This document shows positions 18,546 through 29,137 of a stretch of 64,000 nt of DNA, piece after piece; within the stretch, counting starts at the first letter, position 1, and each line of letters opens with the position of its first letter. The stretch is from a virus. The translations under genes were made by a program, and so were the position numbers. The stretch covers positions 18,715-82,714 of the IMG/VR virus record IMGVR_UViG_3300007644_000002. One strand, written 5' to 3'. Below the pieces are notes generated by a model. That model saw nothing but the letters and a program-made list of their open reading frames with translations. It ran no database searches and had not been told where the DNA came from.

Positions 18546-19595
18546 TTATTTTTTAGAGGTTTTTCGTAGAGCAGAGATGTAGCCTTCCATCATGGAAGAT
18601 ACTTCAACTTCTTCATCAGCGTCAGCGGATGCTGATTCTGTGATTGGCTCTGGGATTTCTTTAGAAAAGTATGATTGCTTGATAGTAGCGATTTTCTTAA
18701 CGAAGCTTGCTTCGTCTTCAAAGTCTACGTTCTCAACGAGTTCTTTTAACTTTTCTGCTTGGGTGTCCGCAAGGTCACGTGAAGCTTCAGCAATAAGAGT
18801 ATTACGCTTGTAAGTTTCAAGTTCTTCTGCGAGTTGAATTGCGTCACCAGTTGTTGCGTTTAGTTTTTCTTCTAACTCGTCAACTTGTAATGCTAATTCG
18901 TCAACTAGGTCAACCTTGGATTCTGGAACGTCAACATAAGATTCTACGAATAGATCTCTCATTGATGACATAAAGTTTTCTGCGATTTCGGTACGTAGAC
19001 CACTTTGAATCGCTAACTTGTTGTCTTCCATCCAAGTTTCAACTACATAGTTTAGGTAAGAATCTACTTTTGTTACGAGGTCAGTCTTAATAGACTCGAC
19101 TTCTTCAGATAATTCTTCTGTGTATTGTTCTTCAAGACGCGTTACTTCTTCTGACAACTTTGTTTTAACAGCTGCTTCGAAAATAAGTGCGGTCTTTTCC
19201 TTGAACTCTTCAGATAGAGTTGCTTCACCTTCGACAATAGCACGTAATTGTGATTGAGTGTCGTTTTCTTGTGCAACATCTTCATCCAGATCTACACCGG
19301 CTTGTTCACATACTTTGGCATATGCTGCTTGCAAGTCACCTTTCTTCATTTTTGAAGCGGTTTGGTACATTGCGTTCAACATTCCTGCCTTGGTTTTTGG
19401 AAGCGATGTTTTGGATGTAGCGTCCGCAGCCTTATCTACCGATGCGATTGACTCAGGTTCGGATACTGGTGTAGCCTCTGCCTTACCCTTCGCTTTAGGT
19501 GCTTGTGCTTCGTCCAGAGTTTCCTCCACGATTTCGTTAGTATCAACAATGCTATCGCGGATTTCAACTTCGACTTCTTTTTTAAGATTAGTCAT
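18546..19595 (-). CDS. gp22: prohead core scaffold gp22
   Basis: LSEEFKEK..LIFEAAV, VDSYLNYVVE.W; acidic; between gp21 and gp23. Confidence 0.93.
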   Translation of the reverse strand: MTNLKKEVEVEIRDSIVDTNEIVEETLDEAQAPKAKGKAEATPVSEPESIASVDKAADATSKTSLPKTKAGMLNAMYQTASKMKKGDLQAAYAKVCEQAGVDLDEDVAQENDTQSQLRAIVEGEATLSEEFKEKTALIFEAAVKTKLSEEVTRLEEQYTEELSEEVESIKTDLVTKVDSYLNYVVETWMEDNKLAIQSGLRTEIAENFMSSMRDLFVESYVDVPESKVDLVDELALQVDELEEKLNATTGDAIQLAEELETYKRNTLIAEASRDLADTQAEKLKELVENVDFEDEASFVKKIATIKQSYFSKEIPEPITESASADADEEVEVSSMMEGYISALRKTSKK

Positions 19596-19604
19596 AGTGA
19601 CTCC

Positions 19605-20267
19605 TTATAGTTTAGATTTGATTAACGAGAGGAAATTCTTAAACTCACGCATCTGCACTTCAGGTCGATATGCAGCGGGTGTTGCTTTGATTTCAGTCTC
19701 TATCTCTTCAATTGCTTGAGGCTCAAGAATTCCATTATTCCAAACCCAGTCTACACCTTCCATAATACCATTAACAAAAGCATTTGGTGCACTTGGGTCT
19801 TGTACGATATCTACTGTACTAAGAATAAAGTCTTCTCCGACATAATTTATGCCATTTTTGCTCACAAGACTTCCCATACCACGAGTTGACACTCCTAGTT
19901 GAACACCACCAGCAAGAAGACCTTTTACAATCTTACCCATAGGAGTGTCCAATATTTGCGCCCTTCCGATTACATCATTGCCTTCAAAGTGAAGGTCAGT
20001 GATTAAATGCGAAACTTTATCCAAGTTAACAGTTGGGCCTTCCGGATGATTTAACTCACCGACTGCTCTCTTCTTGCTAACTTGTTCGGTAACGTACTTA
20101 TTTACAGCACGTTCCATAATTGCTTTGGGGTAAATTCGCCCATTACGGTTTTTTGAATCTGCTTGTGCGAACACACCCTCGATGACATAATTCTTTTCGC
20201 CATTCTCCTTGGCTTCCACGATACACTGTAAATCGTGGCTGTCATTAAATTCGGTAATCAGCTTCAT
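19605..20267 (-). CDS. gp21: prohead protease gp21
   Basis: NRNGRIYP, GELNHP, GVSTRGMGS, DIVQDPSAPNAFV. Confidence 0.97.
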   Translation of the reverse strand: MKLITEFNDSHDLQCIVEAKENGEKNYVIEGVFAQADSKNRNGRIYPKAIMERAVNKYVTEQVSKKRAVGELNHPEGPTVNLDKVSHLITDLHFEGNDVIGRAQILDTPMGKIVKGLLAGGVQLGVSTRGMGSLVSKNGINYVGEDFILSTVDIVQDPSAPNAFVNGIMEGVDWVWNNGILEPQAIEEIETEIKATPAAYRPEVQMREFKNFLSLIKSKL

Positions 20268-20464
20268 TTTAATTTTCCTAAGTCTATGAGGACTTGTTTA
20301 GCAGTTGACTCTGCTTCCTTCTGCGTCTTGAAAGCATCTACGTAGTCTCCATCAATATTCAACTCAAACCCTTTTTTGGTCTGATTAATTACTACCGGAT
20401 AACCACCCATCTTCTTACTGAAGACTTTTTTAGATGATTCTCTAATTTGTTGAAATGATTTCAT
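20264..20464 (-). CDS. small protein in gp68 position
   Basis: 66 aa, MKSFQQIRE start typical of T4-like head-internal proteins; late promoter 20483-20490. Confidence 0.65.
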   Translation of the reverse strand: MKSFQQIRESSKKVFSKKMGGYPVVINQTKKGFELNIDGDYVDAFKTQKEAESTAKQVLIDLGKLK

Positions 20465-20502
20465 CTTTTACTCTTTTCCTATTATTTATACAAAAATAAA
20501 AC

Positions 20503-21144
20503 TTAAACGTAAATTTTCTTTGTACTTCCCCACATTTGTTCAGCATATATCTTATCATTACCCATATAAGGAGTGGAACGAATAGAATAATGCCTCGGGA
20601 TAGTATAATAGGAAGGCCAGATAGTTAATTTATGTTTCTCTTTATCAGGTACAAACTGTGAGAGAAATTCATTACCGGTAGACTGCCACGGTTTTAAACT
20701 AAGCTCTTCTACTTTCAATTCATGTAAGGTATCTATCAATAACTTAACTAAGGTATTCCCCGCGTTACATGCCTGTATAGGGGATATCCAGTTCGGTGCT
20801 ATATGTTCATCCCTGTCATTTTCATATACGGTGTACGCATAATCTGACGGGCTGGTGAACACTTCATCCATATTCTCATAGCATATAGCGTCTGCGGGTG
20901 GTAAGAAACCACCGTCCTCATATAATAATTCATAACGAATTAAATCTGCGACACCTGCCCAAACTTCTTTGGAATAGTACTCATCCATGAGATGTTGATT
21001 ATACCACGTGCGTGACTTGTACATCTCATCGGTGAATATACTATAGTCCCAATCGGGGTGTTTCTCTTTCCACGTATTCATCCATTGGATGGGGGGTTTA
21101 AAAGGCCCAATCCAAATGTGAACCATCTTCTTAGTTAGATTCAT
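20503..21144 (-). CDS. glycosyltransferase GT32/OCH1-like
   Basis: VHIWIG, WKEKHPDWDY, ADLIRYELLYEDGG; the DxD position reads PAD. Confidence 0.75.
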   Translation of the reverse strand: MNLTKKMVHIWIGPFKPPIQWMNTWKEKHPDWDYSIFTDEMYKSRTWYNQHLMDEYYSKEVWAGVADLIRYELLYEDGGFLPPADAICYENMDEVFTSPSDYAYTVYENDRDEHIAPNWISPIQACNAGNTLVKLLIDTLHELKVEELSLKPWQSTGNEFLSQFVPDKEKHKLTIWPSYYTIPRHYSIRSTPYMGNDKIYAEQMWGSTKKIYV

Positions 21145-21151
21145 GTTAGAA

Positions 21152-21415
21152 TCAGTCTTCGTCAGACTCGGTTTCGTCGTCTAAATCATCTTCTAGATCA
21201 TCGTCTAGGTCATCACCGTCTAATTCTTCTTCATCATTGAATATCCGTCCTGCGACTGCGATTTTCTCTGCGTCTAAAGACGACTGTACTTTATCCGCGA
21301 GCATATCGTTGAATATACTTTCTGCGGAACGGAAGTCTCCACCTTGTAGAGCATTGACAAAGTCCATGCCTGGCTCTTCGATATCTTCATTTACTACGGT
21401 TGTTACTTCAGTCAT
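21152..21415 (-). CDS. gp67: prohead core protein gp67-like
   Basis: Very acidic 87 aa immediately after portal; start MTEV with GGAG RBS. Confidence 0.7.
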   Translation of the reverse strand: MTEVTTVVNEDIEEPGMDFVNALQGGDFRSAESIFNDMLADKVQSSLDAEKIAVAGRIFNDEEELDGDDLDDDLEDDLDDETESDED

Positions 21416-21416
21416 A

Positions 21417-22916
21417 TTATATCTCCAAATCATCCGCGTCGTCAGAGTTGGCATTTTCTGCTTCAACTTCTTTACGCATATTTTCTATATCGTCATCATT
21501 CATCATCATGACATTCTTCATTACCCACTCACGTGAGAAATATTCACCTACATATTGTGAAACCTGATCCATAGTCTGTAGACGTTCACGCAACAACTCA
21601 GCATCCTTCATCTCAGTGAAGTGATTATCCCTGTTATAGTCTACTTGAATCTCACGTTTCCATAGTTCCCAATCCTGTTCTGTACAGATACCTTTAAGAA
21701 GAAGTTGTTTCTTCAGAATATCAATGAACAGATGAGAGAACTTTTTACGCAGACGGTCAATGAACTTCTGAAATTTAACTTCATCTCGACCAATCTCTGT
21801 AGAACGACCTAAACTAAATTGCGCCTCTTGTTCGAGTCTATTTAGAGGAACATTAAGTGACCTATATAACTTCTTCTGGAAGTATATAATGTCGTCAATC
21901 TGTCCTAGGTTTTCACCGCCAGGTAGTGTACTAATCTCAGTACCACGACCACCTTCGCGACGAGGTAACCAGAAATCTTCGAGCATAGACATATGTTTAC
22001 GGTCATCTTTAATTTCACCGCTACTCGCGTCATAGACTACTTTGTTTCTATAACGTGACATAATATCTTTGATATGTTGTTCAGCTTTACCCTTCGGTAA
22101 GTTGCCCACGTCAATATAGAAGATACGACGTTCAGGCGCACGTGCCATACGATAGATGACTAGAGAGTCTTCCATCATACGTAACTGATTAACTGGTTTG
22201 ACTGCTTTATGTAAATATGATAACACACGCTTCTTCGAGGAGTCTAATAGACCCGACGTGACATAATTTACTGAGTCTGGAGTAAGTTTTACTCCGTTAG
22301 TACCACCGGCACGTTCTTGATAGATGTAGAAGTCCAGAGTTTTATCTACGATCTTAGCACCAGTCTTCTCATCTTTCTTGTACTTTACTTCTTTTACCTT
22401 CCTCATCTTAGTAGCATCGATAGGTCGAATTTCTACAATACCCGCTTTTAAATTGGACTCGTTTACCACTAAATGGTGGTACAAACGTCCATCTACATAC
22501 CACGAACGGAAGATGTCGTGTCCATGTTCTTCAAAATTCAACATAGAACAAATGTTGTTGAACTCTTCGGTAATGGTTTTTTTAATGCTGTCTGTTGTTT
22601 TGACTTTGTCTAAATTAATACTTACAGCTGATTCTAACTCGCCGCCAACAATACCCTCATTAATAATATCTTCAATAGCAGCATCACATTCTGGATGTTC
22701 CGCAATAGTACGATATTTTTTAATAAGTTCTTGGTTGTCTTTGGCTCCAGTTCCTTCTAGGTCTACATATTGACCAAAATAAGAACCAGACGCTGACACA
22801 TAGCCCGCGCCATCTTCATCGACTGCGGGAACTATTGATTGCGCCTTTTTGGCTTCAGGTTTCTCAACTTTCTTTAATTCAAAACCAAACGCTTTAAAAA
22901 AACTATTATCTGCCAT
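21417..22916 (-). CDS. gp20: portal protein gp20
   Basis: WYVDGR, NQLRMMEDSLVIYRMARAPERRIFYIDVGNLPK, EDFWLPRREGGRGTEI. Confidence 0.99.
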   Translation of the reverse strand: MADNSFFKAFGFELKKVEKPEAKKAQSIVPAVDEDGAGYVSASGSYFGQYVDLEGTGAKDNQELIKKYRTIAEHPECDAAIEDIINEGIVGGELESAVSINLDKVKTTDSIKKTITEEFNNICSMLNFEEHGHDIFRSWYVDGRLYHHLVVNESNLKAGIVEIRPIDATKMRKVKEVKYKKDEKTGAKIVDKTLDFYIYQERAGGTNGVKLTPDSVNYVTSGLLDSSKKRVLSYLHKAVKPVNQLRMMEDSLVIYRMARAPERRIFYIDVGNLPKGKAEQHIKDIMSRYRNKVVYDASSGEIKDDRKHMSMLEDFWLPRREGGRGTEISTLPGGENLGQIDDIIYFQKKLYRSLNVPLNRLEQEAQFSLGRSTEIGRDEVKFQKFIDRLRKKFSHLFIDILKKQLLLKGICTEQDWELWKREIQVDYNRDNHFTEMKDAELLRERLQTMDQVSQYVGEYFSREWVMKNVMMMNDDDIENMRKEVEAENANSDDADDLEI

Positions 22917-22978
22917 ATATCCTCACGATAAGAAAAGTGGGGAGTATTCTCCCCACGATACACTTACTTATACCATTA

Positions 22979-23500
22979 TTAACTAGTCGTATTAGATTCC
23001 CAATACTGGACTTGAAACTCAACTGTAAACTCTTCGATTGCTTCGTTATCATAACTAACTTCAATTGATGAAACGTTAGTCGGAAAACATCCACGAAGGT
23101 TATAAGTTTTTACAGTAGAACCATCTTTATCTAACTGCTCAACAATGAGGTCAGATTGATATAAGACTGGGTTGGTGATACCAGTATTTGAACTATGTGC
23201 GTTCATACCGTTCATCCAACGTTCCATAGAATTTCGAACCTCGAAACCAGTGTCGTTTAAGACAGTGATTGTCCAAGTTTCGAATGTCCGATCCCCTGCT
23301 ATCTTAAGCATACGACCACGAAAAGGAACTTCTACAAATCCCATTGTCGATGCTGGCAACTGAGCACCCTTACACATAAACGATGTAAGTTCTGCGTCTC
23401 CGCCAGCATAGGCAGGAAAGTTTAATGTAGCTTTGAAAAGGTTGGTACGAGCACCACCACCTTTCAGTTTTGCTTTAAAATCATCGACTCTTAGTGACAT
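22979..23500 (-). CDS. gp19: tail tube protein gp19
   Basis: GGGARTNLF, FRGRMLKIAGDRTFETWTIT, IEEFTVEFQVQYW. Confidence 0.97.
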   Translation of the reverse strand: MSLRVDDFKAKLKGGGARTNLFKATLNFPAYAGGDAELTSFMCKGAQLPASTMGFVEVPFRGRMLKIAGDRTFETWTITVLNDTGFEVRNSMERWMNGMNAHSSNTGITNPVLYQSDLIVEQLDKDGSTVKTYNLRGCFPTNVSSIEVSYDNEAIEEFTVEFQVQYWESNTTS

Positions 23501-23511
23501 TATATATCTCC

Positions 23512-25407
23512 TTAAACTGTGCCAACGACTTCTTCAAACTCGACACCTGATCTAACTGCTACGAAGTTTAATGTTACGTAGTTGATAGAACGTGCTGGTT
23601 TGATGAAGACTGTTGCTACGAATTCGTTACGATCAACGACTGCTGATGTATTGTTTGTTTCATCACAAACAACACGGAAGTCAGTGATACCGCGACGACC
23701 CTGAATCTCACGTAGGAACGGTTCTACGATGTTAACAAATTCTGCGCGAGTAAACTCATCGTTGAATTCGAACATTGCGTTTTTACCCGCCTCTGCGATT
23801 GAACGTTCAATCACCAAGAACAAACGACGTACGTTGATACGGTCGAATGCTGATGGACGTGATAGGTGAGTCTTATCACCGAATAGTACAGTACCTTGGC
23901 CAGGCAAGCTGACGATTGGATTTACTTTTGCGCTATATAATGTATCACGTTGTGCCTTGGTTGGATTGAAGACAAGAGATGTTACACCAAAGTATTGACC
24001 ACGACGTGAACCAGCTGGTGAGAACCAAGGTGCTGAATCTCTATCTGCTGCTGCCATGATACCTGCGGTAGATGATGCCGCCGCGATAGTCTCGTACTTG
24101 TCCTGATACTTGTTGTATACCTTTAACCAGTTACCGTCACAAATGAGGTAATCGCTGTCGGGTAATCCATTAGACCAAGCTATAATGTCGTCCATGCTTG
24201 ATGCTTTGACTGCGTCCCCATAAGGAGATGCTACCGCAACACAATCTCTACGTGTTTTGGCCAAAGCTGCTACCTCAACATCAATCCCGTCATTTGCTCC
24301 GCGAGAAGGTGCTACTAAGAAATCTACTGTAATTGAATCTACGTCTGCGTACTGGTCGAATGCGCGAATATAGTCCGCCTTACCATGTACACCGTTAGCT
24401 CCACCTGACAAGGTGAATGTCACAACACTAGTTGTTAAAGTACCAATGCTAGACGCCCAAACCCAATCGGATTTGTTATTGATAACATCCAATACATTGT
24501 TCGCTGAACCGTCTGGTAGTTTTGCGCCTTCAACAGTTGATAAGTACTCGTGAGTCTCAACAACTTCACCGTCGACTAAGATCACGACGTGAACTTCATT
24601 ACCTACTGGCGCAGAAGAAAACTTGCTTGCGTAAGTCCATTGGGCAAATGCTGCAGGAGGGCAAACTTGAACACTAATGAGGTTACCACGGTCGCCAGGA
24701 TAGCGTGCTATAATCTTGTAAAAATCCAAATCTTGCTGTTCGTAATCTTCAGCATTAAGTACTTGGATACCAGTAGGTAGTGGTTGGTCATATAACCATG
24801 TTGCTACGATTTCTGGATGTGGAGTTACCACTCCATCACCGTCAGCTTCAGGGGTATATACTAACCGACTGTTACCAGTTAGCGGAGGAGTTGTTAATGT
24901 CAACTCACCATCAGCCGAAGTGCCGACAGCATGAACTACGGCTCCGGTGGCGTCAAGAACATTAGTTTTCCATGTGCTATCAATTACAGGGTTTAACGCA
25001 TTATCTCCGACGCGGAAGGGTAATTCATAGAAATACACTTCGCCTTCGGTGACATACCGCAAAGTTAGATCGCTACCACCGGCAACAACTTCTGTCCCGC
25101 CTGCCGAACCTTCAGCAACAGCGTTAGTGTCTCCATCGCTTACAATACGCGTAACGTATGCAGTTGATGAATATTTGAGGAATTGCGCAACAGACAAAAA
25201 GTCTGAGGCGGCCGCGCCTCCTTGTACAGGTGACCCAAATTTAAGTGCCAACTCTGCTTCGTTAGAAACGATAGTTGGTTTAAGTGCGGGGCCCCAGTTA
25301 AATTCTCCAGCGAATGCGCCAGTAGTACTAGACGTAGCAGGAACAACGCCTGTTAGATCGACTTCGCGTACTGTAACATTTGGAGACTCTGACGATTTAA
25401 GAGCCAT
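23512..25407 (-). CDS. gp18: contractile tail sheath gp18
   Basis: SPNVTVREVD, F.WGP, PWFSPAG, FDRINVRRLF, FEFNDEFTR, IKPARSIN; late promoter 25474-25481. Confidence 0.98.
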   Translation of the reverse strand: MALKSSESPNVTVREVDLTGVVPATSSTTGAFAGEFNWGPALKPTIVSNEAELALKFGSPVQGGAAASDFLSVAQFLKYSSTAYVTRIVSDGDTNAVAEGSAGGTEVVAGGSDLTLRYVTEGEVYFYELPFRVGDNALNPVIDSTWKTNVLDATGAVVHAVGTSADGELTLTTPPLTGNSRLVYTPEADGDGVVTPHPEIVATWLYDQPLPTGIQVLNAEDYEQQDLDFYKIIARYPGDRGNLISVQVCPPAAFAQWTYASKFSSAPVGNEVHVVILVDGEVVETHEYLSTVEGAKLPDGSANNVLDVINNKSDWVWASSIGTLTTSVVTFTLSGGANGVHGKADYIRAFDQYADVDSITVDFLVAPSRGANDGIDVEVAALAKTRRDCVAVASPYGDAVKASSMDDIIAWSNGLPDSDYLICDGNWLKVYNKYQDKYETIAAASSTAGIMAAADRDSAPWFSPAGSRRGQYFGVTSLVFNPTKAQRDTLYSAKVNPIVSLPGQGTVLFGDKTHLSRPSAFDRINVRRLFLVIERSIAEAGKNAMFEFNDEFTRAEFVNIVEPFLREIQGRRGITDFRVVCDETNNTSAVVDRNEFVATVFIKPARSINYVTLNFVAVRSGVEFEEVVGTV

Positions 25408-25493
25408 AATAGTTTCCTTTTCGATTAAGGTATAATAAGTTTATCATAATACGGATTTTTTTCTCAATACTTCTATTTATATTATTTTTAAAT

Positions 25494-27116
25494 CTACCAT
25501 TCTTCGGGAGTAAACTGCTGTGCTGATATGTCATGCCAACCCGCATTATAGGGATCTGTCAGGTCAAGTTCGGTACTATATGATGAGCCATCATCAATAA
25601 TTCCGAATGGGGGTATGTCGTCTTCAATCTCTTTCATTCGTTGTTCAAATAGCATTGTTCTAAAATCAACATCCGCAACATTGCCAAAAGATTGTGAGCT
25701 AACAAAGTATCCAAACATCACAAGGTTCATCATTAAGTCATCATGGTTACCGTCACTCGCTTCGAAAGACAACCCCTTAGATATAAAGGTTGATATTTCC
25801 ATGATAGTATTTTCATCGTAAATATCTAGTTTATGATTTTCGATGATGTCCTTGATTGCCGAACATCCAATTCGTTTGACTTTTTTGTCCATACGAATAC
25901 CAATAGAATCTGCCTTGATTGCTGACTCTAGATGGATGTTCTCATACTCTAAGTCTTGATATAGACCAACACACACGACCATACCTTGGTCATTGTTCTC
26001 TACGACAACATACGCTTCGTTGTATACGGTAGCATATTTATATATTATGTTGGGATAAAGAATTGGGGATATTCGGTTATTGCGATACACGCATACCTGT
26101 TTGAATGGTTGTACTGAAACATCAAATATAGTAAATGTAGAATAATCTTGTCCACGCCCTTGACAAACATCAACGGTCATGATATACTGGTGATCTATAA
26201 TGGGTTCTTCATATACTGATACGTCCCCGCCTTCCAATCGACGAACTGGTTGACGCGCACGTAAATCTAGAAGTATCTGACCCTCAATGAGAGTATTACC
26301 CGTACCGAAGAACGTATTACCAAATTCTTGGTCAAACTGTAAGGAGGAGGTGTTTGCTATAGTTTGCGCTTTCCACTTCTCGTCTCGGCCAGGGACATCC
26401 CACCAATCTACACGAAACGGTTTGTAGGCATTAACACCCTGTACAGCACCTTCCCATATCTTTTGGAAAGTATTACCAATACCGTTTGCGGTACTTGTTA
26501 TGATAACTTTTGTGTCCTTACCGGACGAAATTACAGGATAGGTTGATGTATAGAACTCTGCCGCATTCTCTACGAACGCAAACTCGTCTAGGAACAGAAG
26601 GTTAACCGACATACCACGAATAGAAGAACCAGAGGTTGCTGCAGCAATGATACGAGAGTTATTAGAGAACTCTATTGACCCTTTGTTAAGTGCTTTACAG
26701 CCAGGCTGTAGGAAGAACGGGAGGTTCTCTAACATGAGTGTTACACGAGATAACATCTCACGTGCCGTCGCGCCTTTGTTAGCAAGAACCGCAATAGTCT
26801 TTTCTGGATGAAATACGGCATACCATAAAATATACCCTACCGAACTAATTGATTTACCAGATTGCCTACAAGCGAGAACGATAGAAAATCTATTATCATT
26901 AAAGTGATTAAACATATTTTCTTGATAATCATATAGATCGAAAGGTACTAGACCTTTATCAAGATGAACTACCTTAACATACTTCCTACAGAAATACGCG
27001 GGGTCTTTCATACACTTCTGGTATTCTCGAAGTTTCTTCTTATCCCACTCCTCTGAGACACCGTCACGTTTTACTTGAGGGTTTCCGAGATAGGAGTTCT
27101 TAGTGAAAGATGCCAT
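25494..27116 (-). CDS. gp17: terminase large subunit gp17
   Basis: RQSGKS, LLFLDEFAF, ITSTANG, HDDLMM. Confidence 0.98.
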   Translation of the reverse strand: MASFTKNSYLGNPQVKRDGVSEEWDKKKLREYQKCMKDPAYFCRKYVKVVHLDKGLVPFDLYDYQENMFNHFNDNRFSIVLACRQSGKSISSVGYILWYAVFHPEKTIAVLANKGATAREMLSRVTLMLENLPFFLQPGCKALNKGSIEFSNNSRIIAAATSGSSIRGMSVNLLFLDEFAFVENAAEFYTSTYPVISSGKDTKVIITSTANGIGNTFQKIWEGAVQGVNAYKPFRVDWWDVPGRDEKWKAQTIANTSSLQFDQEFGNTFFGTGNTLIEGQILLDLRARQPVRRLEGGDVSVYEEPIIDHQYIMTVDVCQGRGQDYSTFTIFDVSVQPFKQVCVYRNNRISPILYPNIIYKYATVYNEAYVVVENNDQGMVVCVGLYQDLEYENIHLESAIKADSIGIRMDKKVKRIGCSAIKDIIENHKLDIYDENTIMEISTFISKGLSFEASDGNHDDLMMNLVMFGYFVSSQSFGNVADVDFRTMLFEQRMKEIEDDIPPFGIIDDGSSYSTELDLTDPYNAGWHDISAQQFTPEEW

Positions 27117-27493
27117 TATGAATCGTCCTGATCAATCACCTTTTCATCACCACCCAATAACATGCGCTGAAGGTCTGTAGTAGAACCTACAAATAAATTG
27201 TTATTAGTAGTTGTTGCGTCTGCGGGTCTATCGTCTTTTAAAAGTTCTTTCTGCTTCTTGTTCAAATCCATTAACTTATCGTTAACGTCAGCGATACCTT
27301 TAATCATACCAGCCAGAACTTCAAATGCTCGGGGGTGCTCACTTTCGCGAGCTACCTCAATCATCAACTCTAAAGACTCACGACCCTTTTCAATAAGGTC
27401 GTAGTAAGTTTCACGAGAGTATTCATAGTCTTGTTCATGTACAAAATTACGTTTCTCTTCTTTGTTAGATACCGTTGGGACTTTGCTCATCAT
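27116..27493 (-). CDS. gp16: terminase small subunit gp16
   Basis: DYEYSR, ESEHPRAFEV, NNNLFVGST.DLQ. Confidence 0.93.
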   Translation of the reverse strand: MMSKVPTVSNKEEKRNFVHEQDYEYSRETYYDLIEKGRESLELMIEVARESEHPRAFEVLAGMIKGIADVNDKLMDLNKKQKELLKDDRPADATTTNNNLFVGSTTDLQRMLLGGDEKVIDQDDS

Positions 27494-28244
27494 TAATCTC
27501 TATAGTAAATCCATAGTCACTATCAGGACTCACGTCAATTGGGTCTGTAGTAATTCTTATATTACTCAAGAACGGGTTTAAATCATCATTGGAAAGCATG
27601 TGTATATTAGTGTTAACTTCTCTAATAAGCGTGCCTTCCTTCACTGGCCCGTAGAAATTAGTTTTCATCTCAAAGTTAAGATTATATATAATTGTTCTAC
27701 GTTGCTCTAATGGGCCTTCATAATCATCTTGAAAATCTACACCAGTGAGAGTGACCGGAATATCTTCGACTATATCGGGTAAATCGCTGAATGGTTTTAC
27801 CGAGAGCGTGTATTGCGGAGCAAAGTATGGTATAATTTGTTCAACCACTTGTAACGCATCATCTTGCGATTTAGCATAAACTGCTAATTGAAACGACAAT
27901 ATATACGGAACACCTGTGTATAAATCTTTTCTTTCACCAATAGGTGCCGCATTAAACGTATTCATTTTAGGTAACTGACGCTGCGGGTCATAATTAATAC
28001 CAATTATCTCGAAGGACATTCTAGGTAACTTAATGGCGACGCGACGTTCAGCCTCTTCACCTTGCGACATCTCTTCGAGTCTCTCTAAGAAACTCCTCTT
28101 CGGAGCATAAGATAATGGTACTTTGACTTGTGATAAGACTTTACCGTTAGAGTCTGTTCTCAAAACATGTATGTCATTAAACAGAGAACCAAATATAGAT
28201 ACGGAAGTCCTTACTCGCTTGTTATAAAAATAAGTACCTAACAT
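27465..28244 (-). CDS. gp15: tail sheath stabilizer/completion protein gp15
   Basis: FGSLFNDI, VPLSYAPK, LPRMSFE, QIIPYFAP. Confidence 0.95.
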   Translation of the reverse strand: MLGTYFYNKRVRTSVSIFGSLFNDIHVLRTDSNGKVLSQVKVPLSYAPKRSFLERLEEMSQGEEAERRVAIKLPRMSFEIIGINYDPQRQLPKMNTFNAAPIGERKDLYTGVPYILSFQLAVYAKSQDDALQVVEQIIPYFAPQYTLSVKPFSDLPDIVEDIPVTLTGVDFQDDYEGPLEQRRTIIYNLNFEMKTNFYGPVKEGTLIREVNTNIHMLSNDDLNPFLSNIRITTDPIDVSPDSDYGFTIEINDEQSPNGI

Positions 28245-29134
28245 TATGAAACATCTCCGAAGGGGTTCGATTCTGAAAAGTCTAGGAAATCATTTTCGAA
28301 ATCATCAAATATTTTATTCTGTGATAGAGGTTGTATTTCGTTTACATTATCCCCAATGGTTCCCTGTACCGGCATATACACCGCACCAGACTCCGCAAAT
28401 ACTTCTCGGTCATCAGACCACATGTGGTATTGTCCGTCATCAGCACCCGTGTGCGCGATAGATAGCACACGTGTTTGACTGTTCCACGCAGTAACTTCAC
28501 CGCCAAGTTCAAAATCGTCAAACGTCTGGAATACGTATTCTCCGGTCTCGTAGAAACCACCTTGGTTAGAATCTGGTTCAGCCATAGTCATATGATACTG
28601 ATAGGCGTGTTCTTTTTCTACGATATCAATTGCGTCAATACCAGTGTCAAAGTCTTCATCAGAGAACTCAAACAACTCACACTGCATACGGAAGAGTGGT
28701 AACTGGGATAACTGATAGAAAGGAGTTTCAGTCTCAACTTTCTTGACCTCGAACAAAGACTGAGATAGAGGTAAGAATATAAGATCACCCTCCCTTGGTC
28801 TGAATTTCTTGTCTGATAGTTTATCACCAATTAATTCCTGCCATCGCCGACGAGCAATCACAAATGTTGCTTGATCGCGTAACTCGATACCAAACTTGGT
28901 GAACAGGTCTCCCTCTCCGTCAAATCCGTCAGTATTCTCTATGAAAACCTCTACCTTATAGGCGTCAGAGAACTGGGACTGAATGCTGTCCAGAAAGATA
29001 TCTTCCCTCTCTACAACTTCTCGGGGTAGATAATAAATGTCCTGACCATAGAATTTAATAGACTCTATAATTAAGTCTTCGTATAAACTCTGTTCTGGTC
29101 TGTGATTTTGACTTATATATGGATTAGTTGCCAT
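28244..29134 (-). CDS. gp14: neck protein gp14
   Basis: EDLIIESIKFYG.D.YYLPR, LFTKFG, RPREGDLI, FSESNPFG. Confidence 0.95.
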   Translation of the reverse strand: MATNPYISQNHRPEQSLYEDLIIESIKFYGQDIYYLPREVVEREDIFLDSIQSQFSDAYKVEVFIENTDGFDGEGDLFTKFGIELRDQATFVIARRRWQELIGDKLSDKKFRPREGDLIFLPLSQSLFEVKKVETETPFYQLSQLPLFRMQCELFEFSDEDFDTGIDAIDIVEKEHAYQYHMTMAEPDSNQGGFYETGEYVFQTFDDFELGGEVTAWNSQTRVLSIAHTGADDGQYHMWSDDREVFAESGAVYMPVQGTIGDNVNEIQPLSQNKIFDDFENDFLDFSESNPFGDVS

Positions 29135-29137
29135 GGG

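Noticed and set aside
22906-23094. 62-aa minus-strand ORF between gp19 and gp20
   Set aside because: Overlaps gp19 out of frame and spans an intergenic hairpin; no coding support
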